Assembly: GCA_043821645.1 (NCBI GenBank)
Contig: JBDRCO010000118.1
Location: 1 to 64,000, forward strand
DNA length: 64,000 bases
Direction: 5' to 3'
From: Pseudomonadota bacterium
GTDB taxonomy: Bacteria > Myxococcota > JACRCW01 > JAFGSX01
The notes beneath the pieces were generated by a model that ran no database searches, was not told where the DNA came from, and was given only the letters and a program-made list of their open reading frames with translations. This document shows, piece after piece, positions 18,991 through 31,000 of this stretch (positions within the stretch are counted from its first letter, which is position 1; every line of letters starts with the position of its first letter). A program made the translations under genes and the position numbers.

Positions 18991-20097
18991 TCAATTGCTT
19001 GTGACGGACTCCTTTTCGTTCTCCCAGTCCACGAAAGGCGCCATGCCCCCTGCCGCAAGGGCAGCCACGCCGGTGGCGACCCACAGGATCGTCGTCGCCA
19101 GGGCGAGCCTGGCCCCTGTCACCTCGAGAGCGATCAGCTCGTCCCCGGGCTGAACCACGGAGCGTGAACGCTCGGCCAGGGCGTCGTGGTCCTGCTGCAC
19201 CAGCACGGTGGCTACGGCGGTGCCGGTGGCGGCGAGTCCCAGCCCGACCGCGGTCCCTGCGGTGGCGACGAAGGACCACAGCGGCAGCGGTGGCGGCCTG
19301 GCGTCCTCGACATTGCCCGGTGCCACCTGGATGCGCAAGGCCTCGCTGGTGCTGCCCTGGACCAGCAGAGGACCCGCACCATCACGGGTCTCGAGATAGA
19401 ACTCCAGGACGAAGCCCTGCTCGCTGGCGGTCCACTCCCCCGGGAGCGTGCCGCGCCAGGTCCCGCTGCCGTCGCGCTGCAAGGCCAGGGCGGAGTAGCC
19501 GGGCTCTCCGTGCCGTCTGTACCAGACCGAGAAGGCCTCGACCGCGTTCCGGGTGTCGCGCAGCCGGTACGCGAAGGCCAGCGGATAGCCCCCTCGCGCC
19601 TGGCCCGGCATGCCTCCGATGAGAACGAGCTCGGCGATGATGCGCTGGCGCTCCACCGAACGCAGCTGCTCGGCGATGCTGCGCTCCTCGTTCTGAACCT
19701 TGCGGAACACCGCCAGGATCTTGGGCGCGGTGTCGTCGGGAAGGTTGAAGTCGGGGCGACCACGGAGCAGCAGCCGAAAGGCCGTCTCCGCTTCGACGGG
19801 ATCGCCTATCACTGCCTGGCTGCTGCCCAGGAGCAGGTAGGCGTCGAGCTTCTGATCGGGCCCGAGTCCTTCGCGCGCCAGCACCGCGCGGATGATGGGC
19901 ACCACCTCGTCGTAGTCGAGCGTGGCGTAGGATTCCTGGGCCGCATGCAGCAGCTCCTCGACACTCTTGTCGGGCTGCACCGGCGTGGCGTGGCTGGCCG
20001 CCATGGCCTCGACCGCAAATAAGACAGTGGCGAGGAGCAGGATGCGCGAGGTGAGCGTCCCGATGGTGGCCGCAGCCCGGTGTCCCTTCTCCCACAT
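18991..20097 (-). CDS. Exported TPR-like protein with C-terminal TM helices
   Basis: Signal-like N-terminus, helical repeat region, Ig-like middle, two hydrophobic C-terminal helices. Directly downstream of the kinase gene. Confidence 0.7.
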   Translation of the reverse strand: MWEKGHRAAATIGTLTSRILLLATVLFAVEAMAASHATPVQPDKSVEELLHAAQESYATLDYDEVVPIIRAVLAREGLGPDQKLDAYLLLGSSQAVIGDPVEAETAFRLLLRGRPDFNLPDDTAPKILAVFRKVQNEERSIAEQLRSVERQRIIAELVLIGGMPGQARGGYPLAFAYRLRDTRNAVEAFSVWYRRHGEPGYSALALQRDGSGTWRGTLPGEWTASEQGFVLEFYLETRDGAGPLLVQGSTSEALRIQVAPGNVEDARPPPLPLWSFVATAGTAVGLGLAATGTAVATVLVQQDHDALAERSRSVVQPGDELIALEVTGARLALATTILWVATGVAALAAGGMAPFVDWENEKESVTSN

Positions 20098-20139
20098 GAG
20101 TCCGGGCGTCCTCCTCGCGTCAGTATAGCAGCGGCGACG

Positions 20140-21939
20140 CTAGCGCTTGGTCAGATCGAGGTCGAGCTTCTGCAGCTCGCCCGCCCGGATGCGCACGGTT
20201 TGCACATGTGTCACCTCCTTGCCTCGGTTCACCAGACGCACGCTGTGTTCACCCGCTGCGAGGGGCAGTTTGAACAGCGGCGTCGTCCCCCGAGGCACGC
20301 CATCGATCTCGACCTCCGTCCACGGCGTGGTCTTGATCGTCAGGCTGCCGTCGCGGGCTGCCACCCCGGTCGGGGCCGGGCCCGTGCTCGGCGCCACCGG
20401 GCGACGTGGGCCCCGCGAGCTGAGCTCCCGCCTCAGCTCGACCTTCTGGCTGCGCTGCTCGCCGGCACCCAGCCTGACCTGGAGAGCGGCGTCGACAAAG
20501 CCCTTCTTCCTGACCACCAGTCCGTGGGTGACGTCGGGAGGCAGGGTCCGTATGTCGAGCGGGGTCCGGCCCAGCATCGCGTCGTCGAGCCAGACGGACG
20601 CTCCCTCCGGTGTCGAGGCCAGCCGCAGCGTCGGTGGCATGGGCGGCGACTCGGGCTGCAGCGGAGGGGGCTCCGCAGGATGGGAGGGTCGCGCCGCATC
20701 CGCGGTGGTTACTGGCAGCGCAGCCTGCTCGCCCCCCGCTGCGGTCTCGGCGCCTGGCCAGGAGGTGATCCCGAAGACCGCAATGGCCGCTGCCACCCCG
20801 AACACGGCCAGCCCGACCCGGCGGCGCCGGCGCGCGGCGATGGCAGGCGCCGGCTCCAGGGTCATCGGCACGGTGTCGTGAAGCCGGCCGCGGTCTCGAA
20901 TCGTCGCCTCTCCCTCGTCGTACTGCACCACCGGGGTGCCTGTCTCGGTGGCACTCTGCAAGGAGATGACGAAGTTGGCGTCCCGGCCGGGGGTGAGGTC
21001 GGCGGTGACCGCGTCGATCTGGTCGCCCAGAGTGCTCTGGATGTACTGCGCCACCTCGGGTTCGCTCACTGGCGAGGGCAGGGCACTCAGGTAGGCGCGG
21101 AGCACGGAGCTCACCTCGCGCAGACTCGGAAAGCGGCGGGCCGGGTCGCGCTCGAGCATGCGCAGGATCACGCGCTCGATCTCGACCGGCATGAACGACG
21201 TGTACGGGGCGGGAGAAGGGATGGGCCCGAGGCCTATCTCCCTCACCAGCTGCGCCGGGTTATCGGCGTTGAACAGGTGGCGGCGCGTGCACATCTCCCA
21301 GAAGCAGACGCCCAGTGCGAACTGGTCGCTGCGGCCGTCCATGCTGTCCCCAGCGAGCTGCTCCGGGGGCATGTAGCGCAGCTTGCCCTTGAGTTCTCCA
21401 GTGGCGGTGCGGCCCGCCACGATGGCGGCCTTGGCTATGCCGAAGTCCACCACCTTGGTGATGCCATCCGCACGCACCATGATGTTCTGCGGGCTGACGT
21501 CGCGGTGCACGATCGAGAGCGCGGAGCCATCGGCGGCGACGGCGCGGTGGGCGTGGTCGAGCGCCACGGCTGCGTCGTGCATGATGCGCGCCGTGATCTC
21601 GATGGGGATCAGGGTCCGGTTTGCCACGGCCTGCTGGACGACCTTCGACAGCGTCGCGCCGTGTATGTACTCCATGGCGATGAAGTAGGTCCCCTCCCAC
21701 AGCCCGACCTCGAAGATGGCGACGATGTTGGGGTGGCTCAGCCTGGCCGCCACCCTGGCCTCGTCGAGAAACTGGCGCACGAACTTAGCCTGGGCAGCGA
21801 GATGAGGCAGCAGGCTCTTGAGAATGACGAGGCGATCAAAGCCCGCCACACCGGTCTGGCGCGCCAGGAAGATCTCTCCCATGCCGCCCACCGTGAGGCG
21901 GCGGATGATCTCGTACTTGTTGAAGATAGGCGTCGCCAT
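20140..21939 (-). CDS. Membrane Hanks-type Ser/Thr protein kinase with PEGA domains
   Basis: GGMGEI, HRDVSPQN, DFG, YMPPEQ; one TM; PEGA motifs STPEGASVWLD..LGRTPL and GTTPL. Confidence 0.95.
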   Translation of the reverse strand: MATPIFNKYEIIRRLTVGGMGEIFLARQTGVAGFDRLVILKSLLPHLAAQAKFVRQFLDEARVAARLSHPNIVAIFEVGLWEGTYFIAMEYIHGATLSKVVQQAVANRTLIPIEITARIMHDAAVALDHAHRAVAADGSALSIVHRDVSPQNIMVRADGITKVVDFGIAKAAIVAGRTATGELKGKLRYMPPEQLAGDSMDGRSDQFALGVCFWEMCTRRHLFNADNPAQLVREIGLGPIPSPAPYTSFMPVEIERVILRMLERDPARRFPSLREVSSVLRAYLSALPSPVSEPEVAQYIQSTLGDQIDAVTADLTPGRDANFVISLQSATETGTPVVQYDEGEATIRDRGRLHDTVPMTLEPAPAIAARRRRRVGLAVFGVAAAIAVFGITSWPGAETAAGGEQAALPVTTADAARPSHPAEPPPLQPESPPMPPTLRLASTPEGASVWLDDAMLGRTPLDIRTLPPDVTHGLVVRKKGFVDAALQVRLGAGEQRSQKVELRRELSSRGPRRPVAPSTGPAPTGVAARDGSLTIKTTPWTEVEIDGVPRGTTPLFKLPLAAGEHSVRLVNRGKEVTHVQTVRIRAGELQKLDLDLTKR

Positions 21940-22037
21940 CTGAGGGTCAGGAAATCACATTTTGCGCTGCAGCGCAGGCGGGTGCGCGCTAGCATGCGCG
22001 GACCTCGAGACGGTTCGCGGTCGCGGAAGGCGGGAGC

Positions 22038-23408
<1,371 letters not shown>

Positions 23409-23584
23409 TCGCCCCCGCGTCGGCGCCGCCGCCCCTTCAACACCGCCACTCTTCCTCATGAGGCAGATCGACTTGCCGGGGTGGTCACTCGACCTTGCAG
23501 GTCTCCGTGACCGGCATCACCTTGCACCTTCCAGGCTTGAGGTAACTGCACGTAGTAAAAGCTATTTGTCTCACCTCCGGCAGC

Positions 23585-23600
23585 TGGCACCGGTCTTGCG
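23585..23600 (+). promoter_or_regulatory. sigma54 -24/-12 promoter
   Basis: TGGCAC-CGGTC-TTGCG matches TGGCAC-N5-TTGC and ends 32 bp before ATG 23633. Confidence 0.8.
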
Positions 23601-23632
23601 CTTACAGGTGGCAACGCTTCGCGAGGTGCACG

Positions 23633-26563
23633 ATGGCCAAGGTCACGAACAACAGCACGACCCGGACCCAGCCCAGCAAGGGGACCACTCGGAATCAGCA
23701 GACCAGCACTCCCCCGCCGCCACCGCCGGCGAACAAGGCCGAGGCCGAGAAGAATCTCAGAAGCGCCCAGCAGGTCGAGAACAAGGCCGTCAAAGAGCTG
23801 CAGAAGGCCGAACGCGGTGGCGATGAACAGGGTGTCGCCGAGCAGCAGAACGTCCTCGCCGACGCCGTCCGCAACCGTGAGGCCTGCCAGCGGGCGCTGG
23901 ACACGGTCAAGGGTGCCGACGCGCAACAGACCCAGAGCGAGCTGCAGAGTGACCGCTTCGTTCCTCAGGGCCAGAACCCGTCCGACTGGCAGACGAACGT
24001 GTCCTCGCTAGCGCTGCGTTCCGACCACTCGGCGATCTTCAACGGCATGGAGGTGGCGAAGCCCACCACCCCGGAGGAGAAAGCCCAGGCCGTCAGTGAC
24101 ATCAACCAGCGGGCCGAGAAGTACAAGGGCAAGAGCTTCGACGAGCTGGTCACCACCGTGTCGCCCCAGGAGAAGGCCGAGTTCCTCAGCCTGTACGGCG
24201 TCGGCTTTCAGGGTCCGGCCAGGGACGGGCAGCAGGCCGAGAAGCGCGGCCACCAGCTCAACAAGACCTTTGCCGAGGTGGTCGCCGGTCTGCAGAGCCC
24301 GGGCCGCAGCTCGGTGAAGACCCAGATGATGGGAGGCCGCGGTCACGAGATCCACATGGACATCGCCAGCGACGGTGCCGGCCACAGCCAGCTCGAGGGC
24401 TTTCAGGTCAAGAAGGTCAAGAAGAAGGGGTTCTTCAGCAAGGTCGGCGACTCGATCAAGAAGTACAGCGGCGCCCTGCTCACCGTGGCCAGCTTCATCC
24501 CCGGTCCCGTCGGCATCGCCGCCCGTATCGGTCAGGCCGTCAGCGGAGCCTACACCGCGGTCAAGAACAAGGACTGGCTGGGCGGCGTCGCCAGTGTGGC
24601 AGGTGGCGCAGCCTCTGGCATCACCGCCATGGCAGGCAAGGCCCTTTCGGGGACCACCGCGACGGTGGCTGCCACGGCGCGCGCGGTCGAGCGTGGCGCG
24701 CGCGCGGTGCAGGCCGGCACCGCCGCCTACCGATCCGGGGATGCCGGGGCCATCCTGGGTGCCGTCGCGGCGGGCGCGGGCGGCGTTGCCGGCGCCATCG
24801 GCGGTGTGGCTGGGGGCACGGCAGCGACGTTCGAGCAAGTGGCAGGCTGGGCCAGCCGCGGCGCCACGGCGGTCCACACCGTCGAGGCGGCCAGGCAAGG
24901 GGATGTCCTCGCCGCGGTGGCAGGTGGTGCCAGCCTCGGCGCAGACCTGGCCGGGCAGGACAGGCAGCTCGGTCGCACCCTGGGCACGGTCGGAGATGTG
25001 GCTGCCACGGCCCACCGCGTGCACCAGGGCCTCGAGAGCGGCGACTACGCCGGCGCCGCGGCAGCGGTCTCGGGCCTGGCCTCTCGGGAGGTGAAGGATC
25101 CTGCCCGACGTCAGCAGCTCGCAACCACGGCGCGCGTTCTGGGCGACGCCTCGACGATACAGCGCAGCCTCGACGGCGGCGACGTCGCCACGGCCCTGAA
25201 GGCTGCTGGCGACCTGGACAGTGCCCTTTCAGGGGACTCGGACGGCGTCCTGCGCCGGGTCCGCGAGGATATCGACACCATCCGCCAGGCCCATGACGAC
25301 GACGACATGGAGGCCCTGCGCGCCGGTTTTCGTCGACTCGGCAAGGACCTCAAGGACGATCTCGCGGACACCCGTGACCGCTATCTCGGCCACGCCGAGG
25401 AGCGAGTGCGAGACCGCCACGTGCAGCAGGGTGCACGTTCGGTTCGGCTGTCCAGAGGCCTGAGCAACGCCGGGCGGACCAGTGCAGCGTCGATGGGCTC
25501 CTCTCTGGGCGCCGCCAGCGTCGACAGCGTCTCCCCTGCGCTTCCGGCCTCGCAGCTGGCATCCGACGTCAGCGCCGAGCGCGCCCGCCTCGAGGCGTCA
25601 GCCAGCTTCACGCGCCTGACCGAAAACCAGCAGAAGCGCGCCCTGGCTCTGTTCGACCGCAGCGAGCCACAAGCTCAGCAGAGCCTGGTGGAGCTGACCG
25701 ACAGGCAGATCGCGGGCAGGACGGCCCTGCTCAACCGTGACTCCAGCGGCAAGACCCTGCAGTCCAACCTGCAGCAGCTCGCGCGAGATCAGCCCCCCAG
25801 CGTGGTCAACGCCATCCTGCAGGAGGTCGCCGAGCCCACCCAGATCAACCAGGGCTCCCACGAGACCTGCTCGACTGCCTCGATGCAGTACCTGCTGTGC
25901 CAGAACAACCCCGCCGAGTACGTGCGCGTCATGAACGGTCTGATGTCCAAGGACGGGCGCGTGACCATGGCCAATGGCGACGAGCTCAGGTGCGTTCCCG
26001 ACAGCCTCACCCCGGACAAGTCCACCGATCGCAGCGCCAGCGAGCGGGTGTTTCAGGCGGCCATGATGGACTACAGCAACGGCAGCAACGACTACAGCAA
26101 CCGGGCCGATGCCCATGCGCGGACCCCGGGAGGCCGATACACCCGGCAAGGCCTGCACGCGGACGAGGTGAAGCGGGGGCTCGAGGCCCTGACGGGAAAA
26201 ACCGTCGACATCGACTACAACAACCCCATCCCCGCCCTGTTCAAGGGCGGCAAGCTCGGCACGCGCATGGCGCGAGATTTCTCCGGCGAGACGCTGGTCG
26301 AGCTCGAGATCCCAGTCGCGGGCAAGAAGGATGCGAACGGCAGGTGGATCAAGCCCCACACCTATCCCCACGCCGTGACCGTCACCGAGATCCGCAACGG
26401 CCGCGTCTACTTCAAGAACTCGCAGATGCCCGGGCTCGGATCGCGCGAGGCCCTGGACCTGCCATCCCATCGGGTCGAGAACCGCCGCGACGACCACGGC
26501 ATCGAGTCCATGAGCATCGAGGACTTCAACAGGTGCGCCGCAGCCGCCTTCGAAGTGAAGTGA
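23633..26563 (+). CDS. 976-aa effector-like protein: disordered N-terminus, Gly/Ala hydrophobic region, C-terminal papain-like Cys-protease-type domain
   Basis: No Sec signal. KKKGFFSK precedes a long hydrophobic stretch; NQGSHETC...HAVTV...YFKNS gives a candidate Cys-His-Asn triad. Confidence 0.7.
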   Translation: MAKVTNNSTTRTQPSKGTTRNQQTSTPPPPPPANKAEAEKNLRSAQQVENKAVKELQKAERGGDEQGVAEQQNVLADAVRNREACQRALDTVKGADAQQTQSELQSDRFVPQGQNPSDWQTNVSSLALRSDHSAIFNGMEVAKPTTPEEKAQAVSDINQRAEKYKGKSFDELVTTVSPQEKAEFLSLYGVGFQGPARDGQQAEKRGHQLNKTFAEVVAGLQSPGRSSVKTQMMGGRGHEIHMDIASDGAGHSQLEGFQVKKVKKKGFFSKVGDSIKKYSGALLTVASFIPGPVGIAARIGQAVSGAYTAVKNKDWLGGVASVAGGAASGITAMAGKALSGTTATVAATARAVERGARAVQAGTAAYRSGDAGAILGAVAAGAGGVAGAIGGVAGGTAATFEQVAGWASRGATAVHTVEAARQGDVLAAVAGGASLGADLAGQDRQLGRTLGTVGDVAATAHRVHQGLESGDYAGAAAAVSGLASREVKDPARRQQLATTARVLGDASTIQRSLDGGDVATALKAAGDLDSALSGDSDGVLRRVREDIDTIRQAHDDDDMEALRAGFRRLGKDLKDDLADTRDRYLGHAEERVRDRHVQQGARSVRLSRGLSNAGRTSAASMGSSLGAASVDSVSPALPASQLASDVSAERARLEASASFTRLTENQQKRALALFDRSEPQAQQSLVELTDRQIAGRTALLNRDSSGKTLQSNLQQLARDQPPSVVNAILQEVAEPTQINQGSHETCSTASMQYLLCQNNPAEYVRVMNGLMSKDGRVTMANGDELRCVPDSLTPDKSTDRSASERVFQAAMMDYSNGSNDYSNRADAHARTPGGRYTRQGLHADEVKRGLEALTGKTVDIDYNNPIPALFKGGKLGTRMARDFSGETLVELEIPVAGKKDANGRWIKPHTYPHAVTVTEIRNGRVYFKNSQMPGLGSREALDLPSHRVENRRDDHGIESMSIEDFNRCAAAAFEVK

Positions 26564-26573
26564 GGAGGAAGCG

Positions 26574-26726
26574 ATGACCCGCTCGTCACCGACGGACAAG
26601 TGGACAGCGATGCGAACGGTCAGGTGCACCATGCCGGCAACCACGCCGACCTGGCTGGGCGTGCTGCTGGGCAGGCTGCTGCGATCGTTCAAGCGTGCAT
26701 GGCTGGAATCGCTGGGGGAGGTGTGA
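26574..26726 (+). CDS. Putative 50-aa small protein
   Basis: GAGGAGG RBS; reads MTRSSPTDKW...WLGVLLGRLLRSFKRAWLESLGEV*. Its stop overlaps the next ATG (TGATG). Below the ORF-track size cutoff. Confidence 0.45.
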   Translation: MTRSSPTDKWTAMRTVRCTMPATTPTWLGVLLGRLLRSFKRAWLESLGEV

Positions 26727-27976
26727 TGACGAGCCGCAGGGTGCACAACGCATTCGCAGCCAGCGGTATCGTGTTCGCCGCCATCTCAATGTGCGGCTGC
26801 GGCCCGACCTTTTCACGCTTGCCGCGACACCGCGCCGACACCAGCAACCCGATGATCCACCAGGATGGCCAGCACCTGATTGGCCTGGACGGCAAGCCGA
26901 TGCAGCTCATCGCAGCCAACGCCGGTGGCTGGCTGCACTTCGAGTCGTGGATGTGGGGGGAGCCGATCCGCCTGTTCGAGATGGGTCAGCACGCCGAGAG
27001 CCCCGTCGTCGCCCGCCTGCGCGAGCTCTACGGGACCGAGGTGGCCGACGAGCTGGTCACCCAGGTCCACGAACGCTACGTGGTCGAAGCAGACTTCGAG
27101 GCCATGGCACACATGGGCTTCAACGCGGTTCGCTTGCCTCTCAACCACAACCTGCTCGAGGGGGACCTGGGCTTTGCCTACCTCGACCGCGCCGTGAACT
27201 GGGCCGAGGCGCAAGGCGTCTCCGTCGTCATCGACATGCACGCCGCGCCCGGTGGCCAGTCGGACACCTTTCCAGCGGACCCGGACGACTCTTTGCTGTG
27301 GGAGGACGAGGACGCGAAGCAGCGCCTGGTCCAGCTCTGGGTGGCCATCGCCGAGCGCTATGCCGGTCGACCTGGCGTGGCAGCCTACGACCTGCTCAAC
27401 GAGCCTCAGGTGGCGGACGGCGCACAGCTGGTGGAGCTGTATCGGAGGATCCTGGCGGCGATCCGCGCGGTCGACGCGCTGCACCTGGTGATGCTCGAGG
27501 GCAACAACCTGGCCGTCGATTTCACAGCGTTTCAGGAGCGGCTCGACGAGAACGTGGTGTACCAGGCCCACCAGTACACCTGGTTTGACCTGGACCCGCA
27601 GGACGACATCGACCGCCTGGCTCAACTGGCCGAGGCCCACGACGTGCCGATCTGGATGGGGGAGTTCGGCGAGAATCACCCGCCCGAGGTCGAGCGGGTA
27701 CGCCGCGCCTACGAGACCGCGGGCTTTGCGGGCTGGGCATTCTGGCCCTGGAAGAGAGCGGGGGGGGGACTCTATCCGGGCCTGATGGAGATCGCGGCGC
27801 CCCAGGATTTTCTCACGCTCGCCACCGACCTCACCAACGGCGCTGGAACCCCGGGACAGCTCAGTACCGAGCAGGCCCGCGCCGCTGTTGGCAGCTTTCT
27901 GGATGCGGCGCAGCCAGCAAACCTGCGCTGCGACGATGCCCAGGCGGCGGCCCTGGGAAGGACCTGCACCCGGTGA
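26726..27976 (+). CDS. Glycoside hydrolase family 5 (cellulase-like) lipoprotein
   Basis: FNAVRLP, IDMHAAPGGQ, YDLLNEP (acid/base), HQY, MGEFG (nucleophile). GGAGG RBS before ATG 26726. Confidence 0.9.
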   Translation: MTSRRVHNAFAASGIVFAAISMCGCGPTFSRLPRHRADTSNPMIHQDGQHLIGLDGKPMQLIAANAGGWLHFESWMWGEPIRLFEMGQHAESPVVARLRELYGTEVADELVTQVHERYVVEADFEAMAHMGFNAVRLPLNHNLLEGDLGFAYLDRAVNWAEAQGVSVVIDMHAAPGGQSDTFPADPDDSLLWEDEDAKQRLVQLWVAIAERYAGRPGVAAYDLLNEPQVADGAQLVELYRRILAAIRAVDALHLVMLEGNNLAVDFTAFQERLDENVVYQAHQYTWFDLDPQDDIDRLAQLAEAHDVPIWMGEFGENHPPEVERVRRAYETAGFAGWAFWPWKRAGGGLYPGLMEIAAPQDFLTLATDLTNGAGTPGQLSTEQARAAVGSFLDAAQPANLRCDDAQAAALGRTCTR

Positions 27977-28013
27977 AGCTGCTACACTCTGGGCTGCCCA
28001 CGAGGAGGTCGTG

Positions 28014-31000
28014 ATGCGATCGACCGCGCTCGCCGCCTGCGCGTTACTGGGTTGTGGCCTGCTGTCCGGCTGCTTTTTCTCGACCTCCGTGCCCCAGGAT
28101 GTGCAGCTCTCGTGCAGCCGCGATGAGAGCTGTCCGGCGGGCTACGTGTGTCAGGAGAGCATCGCGCTGTGCGTGCTCAAGGCCTCGCTCGACACCACGC
28201 CTCCCGAGCTGGTGGGGGGCCCCACCCTCGATCCCCTCGTCGGCACCGTGGGGCAGATCTTCCGGCTCGCCTTCACCGTGAACGAGCCCCTGTTCCAGCT
28301 GCCCGTCGTGAGTCTGGATGTGGGAGGACGGGAGGCGCCCTTCGCGAGCGCGACCGAGGCCCAGGGTGGACCCCGCTACCTCTACACCTACACCGCGGAT
28401 GGCAGCGAGGCCCAGGGGCCGCGCCAGATCCACATCGGGCTGGTGGATGAGGTGGGCACCGAGAGCCATCCCTCGGGCGGTCTGCTGACTCTGGATTTCG
28501 TGGCGCCCAGGGTGACGGCCGCCTCTCTGGGCGACGAGGTCGTCGCTGCGCACACCCAGGTGACGCTCACGCTCTCGCTCAGCGAGGCGCCCGACGGCCA
28601 GCCCGAGGTGGTCATGAGCCGCGGCGCCGCCACGCTCACCTGGACCCATGTGTCGGCGAGTGACGACGGCCTCGAGCACAGCTACACCTACGCCACCACG
28701 GGGGACGAGAGCGAGGGGCTGTACCAGATCCGCAGCAGCGCCCGCGACCTCGCCGGCAACCGCAGCTCGCCCGAAGACGTCGCCGCCCTGACCCTGGACT
28801 TCACCGCGCCGACCCTGACCGACCAGCTGATCTCCCCTGGAGCGCTGGTGCGACCCGGCGCGATCCTGACGCTGGCCTTCGAGCTGAGCGAGCCACTACC
28901 TGAGCCACCGGTGTTGACCGGCTGGCCCCGCAACGCCTCGGGGACCACCCTCACCTTCGCCGCGGAGCAACCGGGCGAGTCCCGCCTGCTCTACACGCAT
29001 ACGGTGCGGGCCAGCGAGGACGGGGACTACGAGCTGTCGCTCGAGGCGCTGGTCGACGCGGCCGGCAACTCCACCGCCGCGCAGCTCGTCGGCACGGTGC
29101 GCGTGGATGGCTCTGCCCCGGAGCTGGTGGGCTTCACGCAGAGCGCCACCTCGCTCAACGCCGCGGACACGCTGGTGGTTCAGTTCGAGGCCAGCGAGCC
29201 CCTGGCCGTGCCGCCCGTCGTCGAGCTGCAGGGCCATGCCTTCACCCGCGACGAGAGCAGCGGGGACGCTCCGTATCGCTACAGCCTCGACCTCACCGGC
29301 ACCGATCTGCTGGGCAGCTTCTACATCAGCGTCACCGTGGTCGACGAGGCGCTCAACGCCGCCACCCACAGGCCAGGGGTGGTCACGGTCGATGCCAGGC
29401 CCCCCGGCGTCATCGACGCGCTCTTCACCCCGGCGGCCGCTCGCCTCGGCGTCACCGCGCTGCTGACCATCACCACCGATGAACCCCTGCTGGAGCCCGC
29501 CGGTGTACCTGCCCTCGCGCTGACCTGGGCACTCCCCGCCGGCGATCCCGGCTTTCGCTTCCTGGTCCGCTCGGGCCTCGCCTACACCTTTGTCCTGCTG
29601 GTCGACGACAGCATCGCGGCCCAGCGCTACGGCGTGGTCTCGGTTGATCTCGTGGACGAGGCCAACAACCCGGCCCACATCGATCTCGCCACCGTGCCCT
29701 CGGCACCCGTGACCCTCGACGTGGACAACCGGCCACCTGTGCTCAGCGCTCTGGGCACGGACCGCTGGGTCTACAGCGCCCAGCCCGGATTCGATCAGAT
29801 CACCCTGAGCCTGGACGTGAACGAGAACCTCGATGTGGCGCCCGCTTCGCTCGACGTGACCCTGGGCACGCGCGCCTTCGCCTGCGGCAGCTACCAGGAG
29901 GGGTCTCCCAGCTACACCTGCACCCGGCCCGTGGACGACGCCGTGGACGCGCCCGGCGGCGCGTTGATCCGCGTCATCGCCACCGACGCGGCAGGCAATC
30001 AGAGCTTTGATAGCACCAGTATCGAGCTGGACTTTCAGGCGCCCCGGGTGGTGGCCGGCAGCGAAGGCGTGCAGCTGATCCCGGCCGCCTCGACGCCGTT
30101 GACCCAGGTCAGCCGGGTGACCCTTGGCACCACCGTGCGTCTCAGCTTCGCCGCCGACGAGCCCCTGGCCAGAGACCCGCAGGTCAGCTCCCCGGGGACA
30201 CCACCGCTGGCCTTCACCAGGACCGGCGGCGCCGGGACCTTCTTCATCTACCAACACCTGCTCGAAGATCCCGCCGTCACCGACGGGGTGCGCCAGGTGC
30301 ACGTGGTGCTCGACGACGCGGTCGGCAACAGCGCGACCTGGTCCCTGACGCTGCCCGCTCCCGGCTTCGAGGTCGACCGCACTCCGCCGCCGCCCTTGAC
30401 CCAGGTCCAGGACGATGCCCTTCGCTACCGGCGCGACCCCTGGGGCTCGAGCGCCACTGAGGGCCAGCCGGACTACCGCGTCGAGCAGACCCTGCCCGGC
30501 GCTCTGCCGGGGGGCGCCACCGTGGTCTTCTGGGATCGCGCCGCCACCACCTCTGCCCTCGAGCTGGGGCGCGGCCACGTCGACGGCGGCGGGACCATGC
30601 CCGCGGTCGAGCTCAATCGCTCGGATCGCGCCCGGATCTTCGCCTCGCTGGTCGACGAGGCCGGCAACATCGACGGCGACACCGCACGCCAGCTGCATCA
30701 CGTCGAGTGGCTCGCCACGCTACATGGCAAGGTGGCTGGCAGCACGATCGAGAACCCGCACCGCGCCGAGGAGCGCCCCTGGCTTGGTGGGCTGTTGCAG
30801 GCCGGCGCCACCGAGGCCATCCCGGCCCCTCTGCAGCGACCCGACGACTCTTTTGTCGTGACCGTACGCTCGGCCGAGCTGCGCTGGCGACGCCTGCCCC
30901 TGGCCGAGCCACCGACCAGCTCCACCCACCACATGGTGTACGACGCGACGCGCGGGCTCATGGTTCTGTATGACGGCACCAGCGGCGAGACCTGGGAGTT

